Below are positions 38,933 to 48,127 of a DNA stretch of 64,000 bases, in pieces. Where the stretch lies: contig DASTDX010000012.1 of the NCBI GenBank assembly GCA_035710145.1, positions 12,143-76,142 on the forward strand, given 5' to 3'. Within the stretch, counting starts at the first letter, position 1. Each line of letters starts with the position of its first letter. The notes beneath the pieces are model-generated. The model was not told the origin of the DNA, made no database searches, and saw only the letters and a list, made by a program, of their open reading frames with translations. The stretch is from Allosphingosinicella sp. (GTDB lineage: Bacteria > Pseudomonadota > Alphaproteobacteria > Sphingomonadales > Sphingomonadaceae). Both the position numbers and the translations under genes were made by a program.

Positions 38933-39376
38933 TCAGCCGGCGTCGGCGAGGTTCGCGGGGCCGAAGCCTTTGGGTAGGAGATCGTGGATCGATACCGTGT
39001 CGGCGGCGGTACCGCTGCCATTGGCGGCGACGATCTCGATATCCATGCCCGACAGGCAGGCCGCCTCATAGATGGCCTGGCGGCAGCCGCCGCACGGCGT
39101 GACGATCGCTTCGCCGGCAAGGGCGCCATCGGCCACATGGCCGCCCGCCACCGCCATGCGCTTGATCCGGTCGAGGCCGAAGGCGGCCTGGGCCGCGGTC
39201 AGGGCGGAAATCTCGGCACAGACGCCCAGCCGGTAGCAGGCATTTTCCATGTTCGCGCCGAGCACGATCTGGCCGTCCACCGATTCGATCGCGCAGCCGA
39301 CGCTGAACCGGGAATAAGGGGCATAAGCCTTCAGCGCCGCTTCGCGGGCGCGCTCGACGAGGGATTCGCTGGTCAT
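38933..39376 (-). CDS. cdd: cytidine deaminase
   Basis: 147 aa. APYSRFSVGCAI...CAEISALTAA...PCGGCRQAIYE are the zinc-binding CAE and PCGxCRQ motifs. Confidence 0.9.
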   Translation of the reverse strand: MTSESLVERAREAALKAYAPYSRFSVGCAIESVDGQIVLGANMENACYRLGVCAEISALTAAQAAFGLDRIKRMAVAGGHVADGALAGEAIVTPCGGCRQAIYEAACLSGMDIEIVAANGSGTAADTVSIHDLLPKGFGPANLADAG

Positions 39377-39744
39377 GTCCGACGATTAGCCTTTCCTTCG
39401 ACCGAGGTCCAAGTTCGCCCCCGAACCGGTTGTTCCTGCTGTGTCCAGCGGAATTGGACGAATCGGGAACGCGGGGAGCCTTGTCGACGAGCCTTGGGCA
39501 GCCTCGTTCGACCGATTTTTCAGGCTGCTAACAGCCTGCCCTGCCTGCCAAAATCGGACGAAGGCAAAAAAACTGTGGGTAATGTGCCACGGCTGGGAAC
39601 CGTATGCGATCGAGGGGTGGCGCGAGTCTTGAAGTCGTCATCGAATCGCCGTTAAAGGCTCCTCATTGGCTTCGCAGCCCCGCCACGTGGGGCGAGCAGC
39701 CGGGGGTCGGCGTCTAACCGCCTTGGGGAATCGAGGACATCATC

Positions 39745-42700
39745 ATGAGATTTTTTCCGCTTCTGTGCGCGAGCACCGCGCTCGTCACGCCTGTCGTAAT
39801 GCCGGTTTCTGCTTATGCGCAGCAGATCACCTCTCAGATCGAAGGTGAAGTCACCGATTCCGCCGGAGCGCCGATCGTCGGCGCGAACGTGATCGTTACC
39901 GACGCTCGCACCGGGGCCGAGAGGACCCTCACGACCGGCAATGACGGTCGCTTCGTCGCCCGCGGCCTGACCGTCGGCGGCCCCTACACCGTCACCGCGA
40001 CCGCTCCCGGCTTTCAGGGCCAGACGGTTCAGGATCTGACCACGTCCCTTCAGGGCGCGACCAATCTGACTTTTCGGCTGGACGCCGCGGCCTCAACGGC
40101 CACGGCGGACGATGATGCGATCGTGATCACCGCGCAGCGCGCCAACGTCCAGCTTCGCGCGATCGGCCCCGGCACCGCTTATAGCGAGCAGGTCCTCACC
40201 AACGCTCCCAGCTTCAACCGTGACGTGCGGGACGTCATCCGGATGGATCCCCGGGTGACCCTCGATCGCGAGGACGCCGCCACCGGCGGCTCCGGCGCGG
40301 ACCGGATTTCGTGCCTCGGCGGCAACGATCGTGGCAACGCCTTCACCGTCGACGGTATTCTTCAGAGCGACATTTACGGTCTCAACGATACAGGCTTTTC
40401 CGCCCGCAGCTCGACGCCGCTTCCCTATGACGCCATCCGCGAGACGCAGGTTCAGTTCGCGCCGTTCGATGTCGAATATGGGCAGTTCACCGGCTGCGCA
40501 ATCAACGTCGTGACCCGGTCGGGAAGCAACGCCGTCCACGGCGACGCTTTCTTCGAATATTCGAGCAACAGCCTGCGCGGTGACTCGGTCGATGGTCAGC
40601 CGGTCGGACCGGTCGATCCCGACAAGCGTTGGGGTGTGGCGCTGGGTGGGCCGATCATTCCGGATCGCCTCTTCTTCTTCGGCGCCTACGAGCATCATGA
40701 AAGCGGATTCTCTCAGGACGAAGGCCCGGTCGGCGGTGGCTATGCCAACGAGGTGGCGGGCGTCACGGTCGAGCAGTTTGACCAGGTGTCCGAAATTCTC
40801 AGCCGGGTCTACGGCATCGAGACCGGCCCGCTGGTCACCAGCCGGCCGTTCCTGAACGACCGTTATTTCGGCCGGCTCGACTGGCAGATCAACGACGACC
40901 ACCGTCTCGAAGTCACCTATCAGCGGCTCGAAGAATCGACGATGCGCAGCGACGATTTCTTCACCGGAAGCTCGCCCCAAATCACCGGCGAAAACACCTT
41001 CTACCTCAGCGGCACCCAGTCGAATTATTATTCTGCGCGTCTTTATTCCCAGTGGACCGATAACTTGTCCACGGAGTTCCGCTTTTCCCGGTCGGACGTC
41101 GTCGACGTCCAGAACCCGGTCGGCGGTGGCGAGGCGCAGTCCGCCAATCCGATCCCGCGCATCATTGTCGGCATCGACAATCCGCCGATCGGAACGAGCC
41201 CGGTCGGGCAGACGCCGCCCGATGCGACCATTCTCGCCGGCCCCGGCAATTCGCGTTCCGCGAACGACCTCCAGACCCAGGTCGATTTCTACCGTGGCGT
41301 GGCGAACGTCGACGCCGGCGATCACCAGATCAAGGCTGGGTTCGAGATCAACCGGGCAGAGATCTTTAACCTCTTCGTTCAGAACGCGACCGGCACCCTG
41401 GTCTTCCGGAATATCGCGGATCTCGAGGCCGGGTTGCTTTCGCCCGGCACCGCGAACAACCAGACGTCGACACTTCCCTTCCGGGTCGTGACCGGCCAGA
41501 CGGAAGGCGCCTTCGGCAACTTCTCCCGGACCGGCGATGTGACCGATGCGGCGGCCGAATTCCATCGGACCATCTTCTCGTTCTATCTCCAGGACGACTG
41601 GCAGGTGAACGACCGGCTGAACGTCGTTCTCGGTGTGCGCAGCGACTTCTTCGAAGGCAGCCACCCCAATGCGAATCCGAATTTCCAGGCGAGATACGGC
41701 TTCCCCAACACGTCGGGCTTCAACGCCCTGGATCCGGTCTTCCTGCCCCGCTTCGGCTTCACTTATGATTTCGACGAAATCGGCTTCTTCTCCCGGGCTC
41801 AGCTCCGGGGCGGCGTCGGTGTCTTCTCCGGCGGCGATCCCCTGGTCTGGTTCGGCAACGCGTTCCAAAACAACGGTTTCGGCTTTGCCACCGGCAGCAG
41901 CCAGTCCAGCCGCTGCCCGACCGGGCAGATCGACGTTGTCGTCGGCGGGACGTTCACTGGCGTTCCGACCTGCATCCAGAATGACGGAATCACTCGCGCC
42001 GCTGGCGGCCTGGGCGACACCCAGTCGATCGATCCGGACATCAGGATGCCGACGGTGCTCCGCGCCAATATCGGCTGGCAGGCAGATCTCGATTTCGGCC
42101 AGACCGGCTTCTTCAGCGGCTGGCGCGTCAACCTTGATTACATCTACAGCCGCTACCGCAATCCCTACACGGTCGTCGATCTGTCGCAGACGATCGACGC
42201 CCGCCTGGGCAATAACGGCTTCACAATCGACGGCCGCCCGATCTACCGGGCGATCGATCCGACGCGGGCCAATTGCGACGCCGTTCTGGTCGATGCCGGC
42301 GCTCCGCCGGTGTGGACCGGAGTCACCGCGGCCTGCTTCGGCGGCTCTCGTGACGACGAGCTGATGCTGACCAACTCCGCCGGCTATGACAGCCACAACG
42401 CCTCGTTCATCCTGTCGAAGAGCTTCGACGGCGGCCTCTTCACGCCTGGAGGATCGAGCTACTTCACGCTCGGTTACGCTTATTCGGACGCGAATGACCG
42501 CCGGAACATGTTCAACTCGACGGCCAGTTCCAACTACGATCTGACCGCCGCGTTCGACCGGCAGAATCCCGCCCAGTCGCGCAGCTTCTACTCGAGCCGG
42601 CACAACTTCACCTTCTCCGGCAATTTCACGGAGCAGTTGTTCGAGGAGCTGGACACCCGCTTCGGGTTCACCTTCGTGGCGCGTTCGGGCCGGCCCTACA

Positions 42701-43239
42701 GCCTGACCTTCGCGGGTGACGAGAACTTCAACGACGACGCATCGGGCAGCAACAACGCCTTGCTGTACATCCCGACGGGTCCGACGGATCCCAACATTTC
42801 GCCTTTGTCCGACATGGACGCGGTGAACGATCTCGTCGCCTTCGCGAACGGGCTGGGTTGCGCTCGCAAGTATATCGGGCAGAGCATCCCGCGTAACACC
42901 TGTTCGAACGACTGGTATTACGACCTGGATCTCAGCGTCTCGCAGCAGCTGCCCGGGCCGCAGCGTCTGCTCGGAATCGGCGGTCGTCGGGACACGATCC
43001 GGGTCTACGCGATGTTCGACAACTTCCTGAATTTCCTCAATGACGGCTGGAATATCCAGCGTCGCCGCAACTTCGCCGGCCTTCAGGAAATGGCGTCGCT
43101 CGATGATGCCGTCGTCGACGCCCAGGGCCGCTACATCATCGACGGCTTCCTTGGTCAGTCCAATTTCGACAACGACAACTTCATCAACGTCAGCTCGTCC
43201 GTCTGGCGGGTGAAGGTCGGCATCAGCTACGACTTCTGA
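39745..43239 (+). CDS. TonB-dependent receptor with N-terminal carboxypeptidase-regulatory-like domain (Oar-like)
   Basis: 1164 aa. Signal MRFFPLLCASTALVTPVVMPVSAYAQQ. GEVTDSAGAPIVGANVIVTD...TGNDGRF is the CarboxypepD_reg domain, followed by a long beta-barrel ending ...VKVGISYDF with a terminal aromatic. Confidence 0.88.
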   Translation: MRFFPLLCASTALVTPVVMPVSAYAQQITSQIEGEVTDSAGAPIVGANVIVTDARTGAERTLTTGNDGRFVARGLTVGGPYTVTATAPGFQGQTVQDLTTSLQGATNLTFRLDAAASTATADDDAIVITAQRANVQLRAIGPGTAYSEQVLTNAPSFNRDVRDVIRMDPRVTLDREDAATGGSGADRISCLGGNDRGNAFTVDGILQSDIYGLNDTGFSARSSTPLPYDAIRETQVQFAPFDVEYGQFTGCAINVVTRSGSNAVHGDAFFEYSSNSLRGDSVDGQPVGPVDPDKRWGVALGGPIIPDRLFFFGAYEHHESGFSQDEGPVGGGYANEVAGVTVEQFDQVSEILSRVYGIETGPLVTSRPFLNDRYFGRLDWQINDDHRLEVTYQRLEESTMRSDDFFTGSSPQITGENTFYLSGTQSNYYSARLYSQWTDNLSTEFRFSRSDVVDVQNPVGGGEAQSANPIPRIIVGIDNPPIGTSPVGQTPPDATILAGPGNSRSANDLQTQVDFYRGVANVDAGDHQIKAGFEINRAEIFNLFVQNATGTLVFRNIADLEAGLLSPGTANNQTSTLPFRVVTGQTEGAFGNFSRTGDVTDAAAEFHRTIFSFYLQDDWQVNDRLNVVLGVRSDFFEGSHPNANPNFQARYGFPNTSGFNALDPVFLPRFGFTYDFDEIGFFSRAQLRGGVGVFSGGDPLVWFGNAFQNNGFGFATGSSQSSRCPTGQIDVVVGGTFTGVPTCIQNDGITRAAGGLGDTQSIDPDIRMPTVLRANIGWQADLDFGQTGFFSGWRVNLDYIYSRYRNPYTVVDLSQTIDARLGNNGFTIDGRPIYRAIDPTRANCDAVLVDAGAPPVWTGVTAACFGGSRDDELMLTNSAGYDSHNASFILSKSFDGGLFTPGGSSYFTLGYAYSDANDRRNMFNSTASSNYDLTAAFDRQNPAQSRSFYSSRHNFTFSGNFTEQLFEELDTRFGFTFVARSGRPYSLTFAGDENFNDDASGSNNALLYIPTGPTDPNISPLSDMDAVNDLVAFANGLGCARKYIGQSIPRNTCSNDWYYDLDLSVSQQLPGPQRLLGIGGRRDTIRVYAMFDNFLNFLNDGWNIQRRRNFAGLQEMASLDDAVVDAQGRYIIDGFLGQSNFDNDNFINVSSSVWRVKVGISYDF

Positions 43240-43256
43240 TCCTGGTCGAATTAAGG

Positions 43257-43289
43257 AAACGCCGGCGGCCTCGTGCCGCCGGCGTTTTC
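43257..43289. terminator. bidirectional intrinsic terminator hairpin (TBDR / amn convergent)
   Basis: AAACGCCGGCGGC-ctcgt-GCCGCCGGCGTTTT, a perfect 13-bp stem. There is a T-run on the plus strand and a shorter TTT run on the minus strand. Confidence 0.6.
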
Positions 43290-43345
43290 GATTCTGGCAA
43301 GGTACGATCAGCTCGGGGAAGGGCGGTTCGACCTCCGCCGGCCGC

Positions 43346-44803
43346 TTACCGAAACGGGGGCTCGTCGAAGCTTCGCAGCTTGCGCGAATGGAGCTGGGCA
43401 CCGTCGCGCTTGAGGATCCGCAACGTCTCGATGCCGATCCTGAGATGCTGGCTGATGGCCCTTTCGTAGAAGGCGTTTGCCTGGCCCGGCAACTTGATCT
43501 CGCCGTGGAGCGGCTTGTCGGACACGCACAGCAATGTCCCGTAGGGCACTCTGAAACGGTAGCCCTGGGCCGCGACCGTCGCTGATTCCATGTCGATCGC
43601 CACCGCGCGCGACTGGTTGAAGCGCAGCGCCGACAGCGTGTAGCGAAGCTCCCAGTTGCGGTCGTCGGTGGTGACGACGGTGCCGGTCCGAAGCCGATGC
43701 TTCAGCTCGTGCGGCTCCTCGCCCGTGACCACCACGGCGGCGTCGAACAAGGCCTGCTGGATCTCTGCCATGGCCGGCAGGGGAATCTCGACCGGAAGCA
43801 CGTCGTCCAGGACATGATCGTCGCGCAAATAGGCGTGGGCCAGGACATAGTCGCCGATCGACTGGCTGGGCCTCAGGCCGCCGCAATGGCCGATCATCAG
43901 CCAGGCTTCCGGGCGCATAACGGCGAGATGGTCGCAGATCGTCTTCGCGTTGGAAGGGCCGACGCCGATATTGACGAGGGTGATCCCGCCGCCATTGGGC
44001 GCGATCAGGTGGTAGGCCGGCATCTGGTGCTTGCGCCACCCGCCCTCCGATACCTTCGCGACCGCGTCTTCCATGCCCCTGGTGACATAGACGCCCCCGG
44101 CCGCCGAAAGCGCCTCGAACGGGCTGTCCTCGCGGTTCAGTTCATCGACCGCCCAGCGGACGAACTCGTCCACGTAACGGACATAGTTGGTGAACAGCAG
44201 GTAGCGCTGCGTGTGGTCCGACGGGGTGCCGGTATAATGGCGCAATCGGGCGAGGCTGAAATCCACGCGCGGGCCGTCGAACATCGACAGCGGCCGGGCC
44301 CCGCCTGAGGGCTGGGTCCATACGCCGTCGACGATCTCGTCGCCGATATGGGAAAGCTCGGTGGTCGGAAACCACCGGGCGAGATCCGCCGCCTTCACCT
44401 CGTCGAGCCGGAGATCCTCTGAGCCGTCGAGCACGTAAGGGAAGGGGATCTCGCTCGGGCTCCGGGCGACCGAAAGCTCCACCTCATAGTCGTTGACCAG
44501 ATATTCGAGCTGCTCGGTGAGATATTTTCGGAACAGTCGAGGGCGGGTGATGCTGATTGCATAACGGCCGGGCTGATTGAGCCGGCCGAAGGCCCGCGGC
44601 GGAAACTGGATCGGCGCGCCGTGCGGATAATCGAGGCGAAGCTCAGGGTAGGCGAAGATGCCCTTGGCGCGCTTGCGCGGCGAAGGCGGGTCGCCGGTCT
44701 TCAGATAATGCGCGAGCGCGCTCCGCAGGCCGCCAACCGATTCCTCGTAAATCTCGCAAAGCCGGTCGATCAGATCCGGGATGTCGTCGACCGTCGTTGG
44801 CAA
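43346..44803 (-). CDS. amn: AMP nucleosidase
   Basis: IDRLCEIYEESVGGLRSALAHYL resembles the Amn N-domain. LVNIGVGPSNAKTICDHLAVMRPEAWLMIGHCGGLR is the PNP_UDP_1 catalytic domain. TTG 44803 is preceded by AAGAGG and gives about 485 aa. The track ORF extends to TTG 44869. Confidence 0.9.
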   Translation of the reverse strand: MPTTVDDIPDLIDRLCEIYEESVGGLRSALAHYLKTGDPPSPRKRAKGIFAYPELRLDYPHGAPIQFPPRAFGRLNQPGRYAISITRPRLFRKYLTEQLEYLVNDYEVELSVARSPSEIPFPYVLDGSEDLRLDEVKAADLARWFPTTELSHIGDEIVDGVWTQPSGGARPLSMFDGPRVDFSLARLRHYTGTPSDHTQRYLLFTNYVRYVDEFVRWAVDELNREDSPFEALSAAGGVYVTRGMEDAVAKVSEGGWRKHQMPAYHLIAPNGGGITLVNIGVGPSNAKTICDHLAVMRPEAWLMIGHCGGLRPSQSIGDYVLAHAYLRDDHVLDDVLPVEIPLPAMAEIQQALFDAAVVVTGEEPHELKHRLRTGTVVTTDDRNWELRYTLSALRFNQSRAVAIDMESATVAAQGYRFRVPYGTLLCVSDKPLHGEIKLPGQANAFYERAISQHLRIGIETLRILKRDGAQLHSRKLRSFDEPPFR

Positions 44804-44928
44804 AGCTCGATACCTCTTCTTTCCCCGGCCATATCCGTGCCTGACCCAGGAATCCACTCCGGGACCCAAAAGGCGCCGCTTTCGTTACTCCGGCGGATTG
44901 ATACCGAGGTTGCCAAGGTGACTTTGTC

Positions 44929-45222
44929 ATGCCCGTAGGACTTCTGCCCGCCTTGCTCGCTCTGGCGATCCTGATGACCCTGGGAAGTGCTTATTATCTC
45001 CTGATCAACGCTCGCTCGGTCGCCGCCATGTTCAACCGTTCGAGCAATGAAATTGCGCCTGGGCCGAGAGGTCGCCAGCCGCCGCCGCGCGGCCGCCTGC
45101 TGGCGGCGATGGCCCTGTTCGGCGTCGGCACGGTGCTGAGTATGCTGGTGGTGACTCAATATGGCACCGAGCCGGTCCGGGAGGCCGTGGAGAGCCGTCC
45201 CGAGGAAGTTCAGCGGCCCTGA
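44929..45222 (+). CDS. hypothetical small two-helix membrane protein
   Basis: 97 aa. MPVGLLPALLALAILMTLGSAYYLL and LLAAMALFGVGTVLSMLVV hydrophobic segments. No homology I recognise. Its 3' end overlaps the convergent zinc-ribbon ORF by 13 nt. Confidence 0.4.
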   Translation: MPVGLLPALLALAILMTLGSAYYLLINARSVAAMFNRSSNEIAPGPRGRQPPPRGRLLAAMALFGVGTVLSMLVVTQYGTEPVREAVESRPEEVQRP

Positions 45223-45491
45223 CCGCCGTTTTCGCGACCGTCGGCGCTGGGGTCGGCCTTGACTGCCTCCGCGCCTTCCGGACTCTGCTCGAGATAGCGG
45301 CTCGTGAACGCCCATAGCACCAGGGCCACGAGTGAGAGGATGAGGATCGCGCAGCCGATTTTCTGGCGGTCGGGCGTGGGTCTCGATCCGTCCGCGGGCG
45401 TCGCGGGGATCGGAGCGAACTGGTGACCGCAATGGGTGCACACGATCGCGTCGGTCTTGAGAGGTTCCTGACAATTTGGGCAGGACTTCAT
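45210..45491 (-). CDS. zinc-ribbon plus TM small protein
   Basis: From the ATG at 45491: MKSCPNCQEPLKTDAIVCTHCGHQF (CxxC...CxxC), then TM helix IGCAILILSLVALVLWAF. The ATG overlaps the stop of the upstream ORF (ATGA). Confidence 0.55.
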   Translation of the reverse strand: MKSCPNCQEPLKTDAIVCTHCGHQFAPIPATPADGSRPTPDRQKIGCAILILSLVALVLWAFTSRYLEQSPEGAEAVKADPSADGRENGGQGR

Positions 45492-45796
45492 GGGCGCGAT
45501 TGCCTTCTCGCCCGTTGAGCCCAAAGCGTGTCTCGCTTGCGAAGACAGGCGGAGTGACAGGCGGCGTCGCTTTCGGTCTCGCCTGGCTCGTCGGGGCCGG
45601 GCAGCTGAAGCGGATGGAAGCCGCCGCCGCACGTCGGGATCAGGATCTCGCTGTTCGCCGCCTGGACCGGGACGGGCCACGACATCATGGCCAGCGCCGC
45701 GATCGCAAGGAATCCGATCTTTCGGTCGCCGCGATTCCGCGCCTGCCGCAACTCGTCCGGCTCCTGGCTGTGGGTCCGGCGGCTAGCTTTTGTCAT
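45488..45796 (-). CDS. hypothetical exported Cys-containing small protein, coupled to ccoS
   Basis: 102 aa. Charged N-terminus, then IGFLAIAALAMMSWPVPVQA (signal-like). Mature part has PTCGGG and AACHSAC (3 Cys in total). I read the codons by hand and most third positions are G/C. Its start lies 14 nt inside the ccoS 3' end. Confidence 0.45.
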   Translation of the reverse strand: MTKASRRTHSQEPDELRQARNRGDRKIGFLAIAALAMMSWPVPVQAANSEILIPTCGGGFHPLQLPGPDEPGETESDAACHSACLRKRDTLWAQRARRQSRP

Positions 45797-45971
45797 CGCC
45801 GACCACTTCCGGGTCTTCGTCCGGTGCCTCGTCCTCGTCGTCGAGAAGGATCCTTACGGCGGCGCCGTCCAGATCCTCGAACTGCCCGGACTTGAGGGCC
45901 CAGAAGAAGGCGATCAGGCCTACCAGCCCGAGCGAGAGGGCGATCGGAATGAGTATGGCCAGGCCGGTCAT
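45783..45971 (-). CDS. ccoS: cbb3 oxidase maturation protein CcoS/FixS
   Basis: 62 aa. MTGLAILIPIALSLGLVGLIAFFWALKSGQFEDLDGAAVRILLDDE is the CcoS consensus. Confidence 0.85.
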   Translation of the reverse strand: MTGLAILIPIALSLGLVGLIAFFWALKSGQFEDLDGAAVRILLDDEDEAPDEDPEVVGDDKS

Positions 45972-48127
45972 GCCGCGGCCCGTCGCAGGCGCAAAGCGTT
46001 GGCTACGACGATGATCGATGATCCCGACATGGCCAAGGCGGCGATCAGGGGCGTCACCATCCCCGCGAGCGCAAGCGGAACGGCAATGACATTATAGCCG
46101 ATCGCGATCGCGAAATTCTGTCGCACCACGCGCATCGTCCTGCGCGAGGCCTCGATCGCGACCGGGATCGGCATCAGGCTGTCGCCAAGGAAAAGCAGGT
46201 CGGCGGCGCTCTGCCCGACATCCGATGCGGAAGACGGCGCGATCGAGACATAAGCGGCTTTCATGGCGGCACCGTCGTTGAGCCCGTCGCCGACCATCAG
46301 GACCTTCTTCCCCTCATCGGCCAGGCGACGGATGATCGCGACCTTGTCGTGGGGGGTCAGTTCGGCCTGGCCTTCGACATTGAGGGCCGAAGCGAGGTCG
46401 TTCACCGCTTGCGCCCGGTCCCCGGACAGGATCATCGGCGCGAGTCCGATCTGCGTGATACGCTGGAGCGCCGCGGCCGAGTCCGGGCGGAGAGCGTCGG
46501 TGAAGACGAGCCGCTTCGCCTGTCCCTCGCCAAGCGCGAACGCGGTGACGAGCGAATAAGTGGGCGCGTTATTATCGTCGCCGGTGAGCCCGACCCATCC
46601 GGGGCGCCCGAGCCGCGCCAGCTGGCCCCGCCAGAGTCCCGACGTGCCGGAGCCAGGCTCTTCGGCAAGCGAATTGAGCTTGGCCGGCCTGATTCCTTCG
46701 CTTTCCAGCGCCTGCGTGACCGCTCGCGAAAGCGGATGGCGGCTTGCCATGGCCAGCGCCAAAGCGACGGGCTTCTCGACTTGCGAGAGACCGAGGGCTT
46801 CGGAGGGAACGGGTCGGCCCAGGGTCAGGGTCCCGGTCTTGTCGAACAAGGCGATATCGGCGTCGGCGAGCCGCTCGATCGCCGAGCCGTCCTTGATCAG
46901 GATCCCGGCGCGCATCATCGAACCGGCCGCCACGACCTGGGACACGGGCACTGCCAGCCCGAGAGCGCAGGGGCAGGTGATGATGAGGACGGCGACCGCG
47001 ATCAGGATCGATTGATGCCATCCTGCGCCGGCGAGCATCCACCCCACCAGCGCGAGCAAGGCGAGACTGTGGACCGCCGGAGCGTAGAGTCGCGCCGCTC
47101 GGTCCGCAATGCGCACGTAACGGGATTTGCTCTGGCTCGCCGCCTCGATCAGCCTGGCGATGTCGGCGATCACGGTATCGTCGCCGGCGGCGGTGACCCG
47201 AACCGTCAGGGGCGCGTCCATGTTGAGCGTCCCGGCTAGGACCTCAGAGCCAGTGACGACCGGATCCGGAGCGCTTTCGCCGGTGATGAGCGCCCGGTCG
47301 ATGCTGCTCGTGCCGGTTTCGACCACGCCGTCGGCGGCGAGCCTGTCTCCGGCCGCCACCAGCATATGCATGCCGGGGACGATCTCGTCCCGGACATGCC
47401 AGCGGCTGGTGCCGTCCGGCATCAGGATCATCGCCCCGGTCGCGGTCCGGCGCATCAGGGCCCCAGCCGCGTCCTGGGCTCTCGAGCGCATGACACTGTC
47501 GAGAAAGCGGCCGGCGAGAAGGAAGAAAAGCAGGGTGATGGCGCCGTCGAAATAGGCATCGGGACCACCGATCGCGGTTTCGTGGATGCTGATCGCACAG
47601 GCCAGGATGACCCCGATGGAGATCGGCACATCCATGTTGGTTCGGCCCTGTCGAAGCGCGCCCCAGGCACTGAAGAAGAACGGTCGCCCGGCATAAGCGA
47701 CGGCCGGCAATGCGATCATCCCGGAGAGCAGATGGAACATGTCCCTGGTCGCTCCGTCGGCGCCCGACCAGACCGAAACCGACAGCAGCATCACGTTCAT
47801 CGCCGCGAAGCCGGCTACCGCAAGCGCCCGAACCAGGATCCGGCTCTCGCGCGAAGCCTCGGAGTCGGTGTCGCCGACGAACGGCTCCGCGGCGAAGCCG
47901 GTTTTCCTGATGGCGCCCTGGATATAGTCCGTGCCGAGGCCCGGCTCATGCTCGACGCTGACCCGCTTGCTCGTGAAGTTGACCCGGGCATCGATGACTC
48001 CGGGAGTGTCCTTCAGTCCGCGTTCGATCTTGGCGATGCATCCCGCGCAATGCATGCCCGGGACGTTGAACAGCGACACCGACGACGCGGCCGCGGAAGT
48101 CGCTGCCGTCGCCGTCATGACGTTCAC
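45968..48127 (-). CDS. ccoI: copper-translocating P1B-type ATPase CcoI/FixI
   Basis: 719 aa. N-terminal HMA (GMHCAGC), CPC in a TM helix (ITCPCALGLA), DKTGTLT phosphorylation site and GDGLNDGAAM hinge. Confidence 0.92.
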   Translation of the reverse strand: MNVMTATAATSAAASSVSLFNVPGMHCAGCIAKIERGLKDTPGVIDARVNFTSKRVSVEHEPGLGTDYIQGAIRKTGFAAEPFVGDTDSEASRESRILVRALAVAGFAAMNVMLLSVSVWSGADGATRDMFHLLSGMIALPAVAYAGRPFFFSAWGALRQGRTNMDVPISIGVILACAISIHETAIGGPDAYFDGAITLLFFLLAGRFLDSVMRSRAQDAAGALMRRTATGAMILMPDGTSRWHVRDEIVPGMHMLVAAGDRLAADGVVETGTSSIDRALITGESAPDPVVTGSEVLAGTLNMDAPLTVRVTAAGDDTVIADIARLIEAASQSKSRYVRIADRAARLYAPAVHSLALLALVGWMLAGAGWHQSILIAVAVLIITCPCALGLAVPVSQVVAAGSMMRAGILIKDGSAIERLADADIALFDKTGTLTLGRPVPSEALGLSQVEKPVALALAMASRHPLSRAVTQALESEGIRPAKLNSLAEEPGSGTSGLWRGQLARLGRPGWVGLTGDDNNAPTYSLVTAFALGEGQAKRLVFTDALRPDSAAALQRITQIGLAPMILSGDRAQAVNDLASALNVEGQAELTPHDKVAIIRRLADEGKKVLMVGDGLNDGAAMKAAYVSIAPSSASDVGQSAADLLFLGDSLMPIPVAIEASRRTMRVVRQNFAIAIGYNVIAVPLALAGMVTPLIAALAMSGSSIIVVANALRLRRAAA

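Noticed and set aside
39377-39744. Cobalamin or TPP riboswitch in the TonB-receptor leader. Also a 63-aa ORF at 39441..39632.
   Set aside because: GCCACGGCTGGGAACCG only loosely resembles the B12-box region, and the other conserved cores are absent. The small ORF has no SD, poor third-position bias and an odd composition.
40093-43401. 1102-aa ORF on the minus strand, antisense to the TonB-dependent receptor.
   Set aside because: The translation is Arg/Ala/Gly/Asp-rich with no domain signatures. It lies in the codon-complementary phase of a well-supported gene. In GC-rich genes the sense codons TTA, CTA and TCA, which would create antisense stops, are rare, so long shadow frames are expected. 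It also runs into the amn 3' end out of frame.
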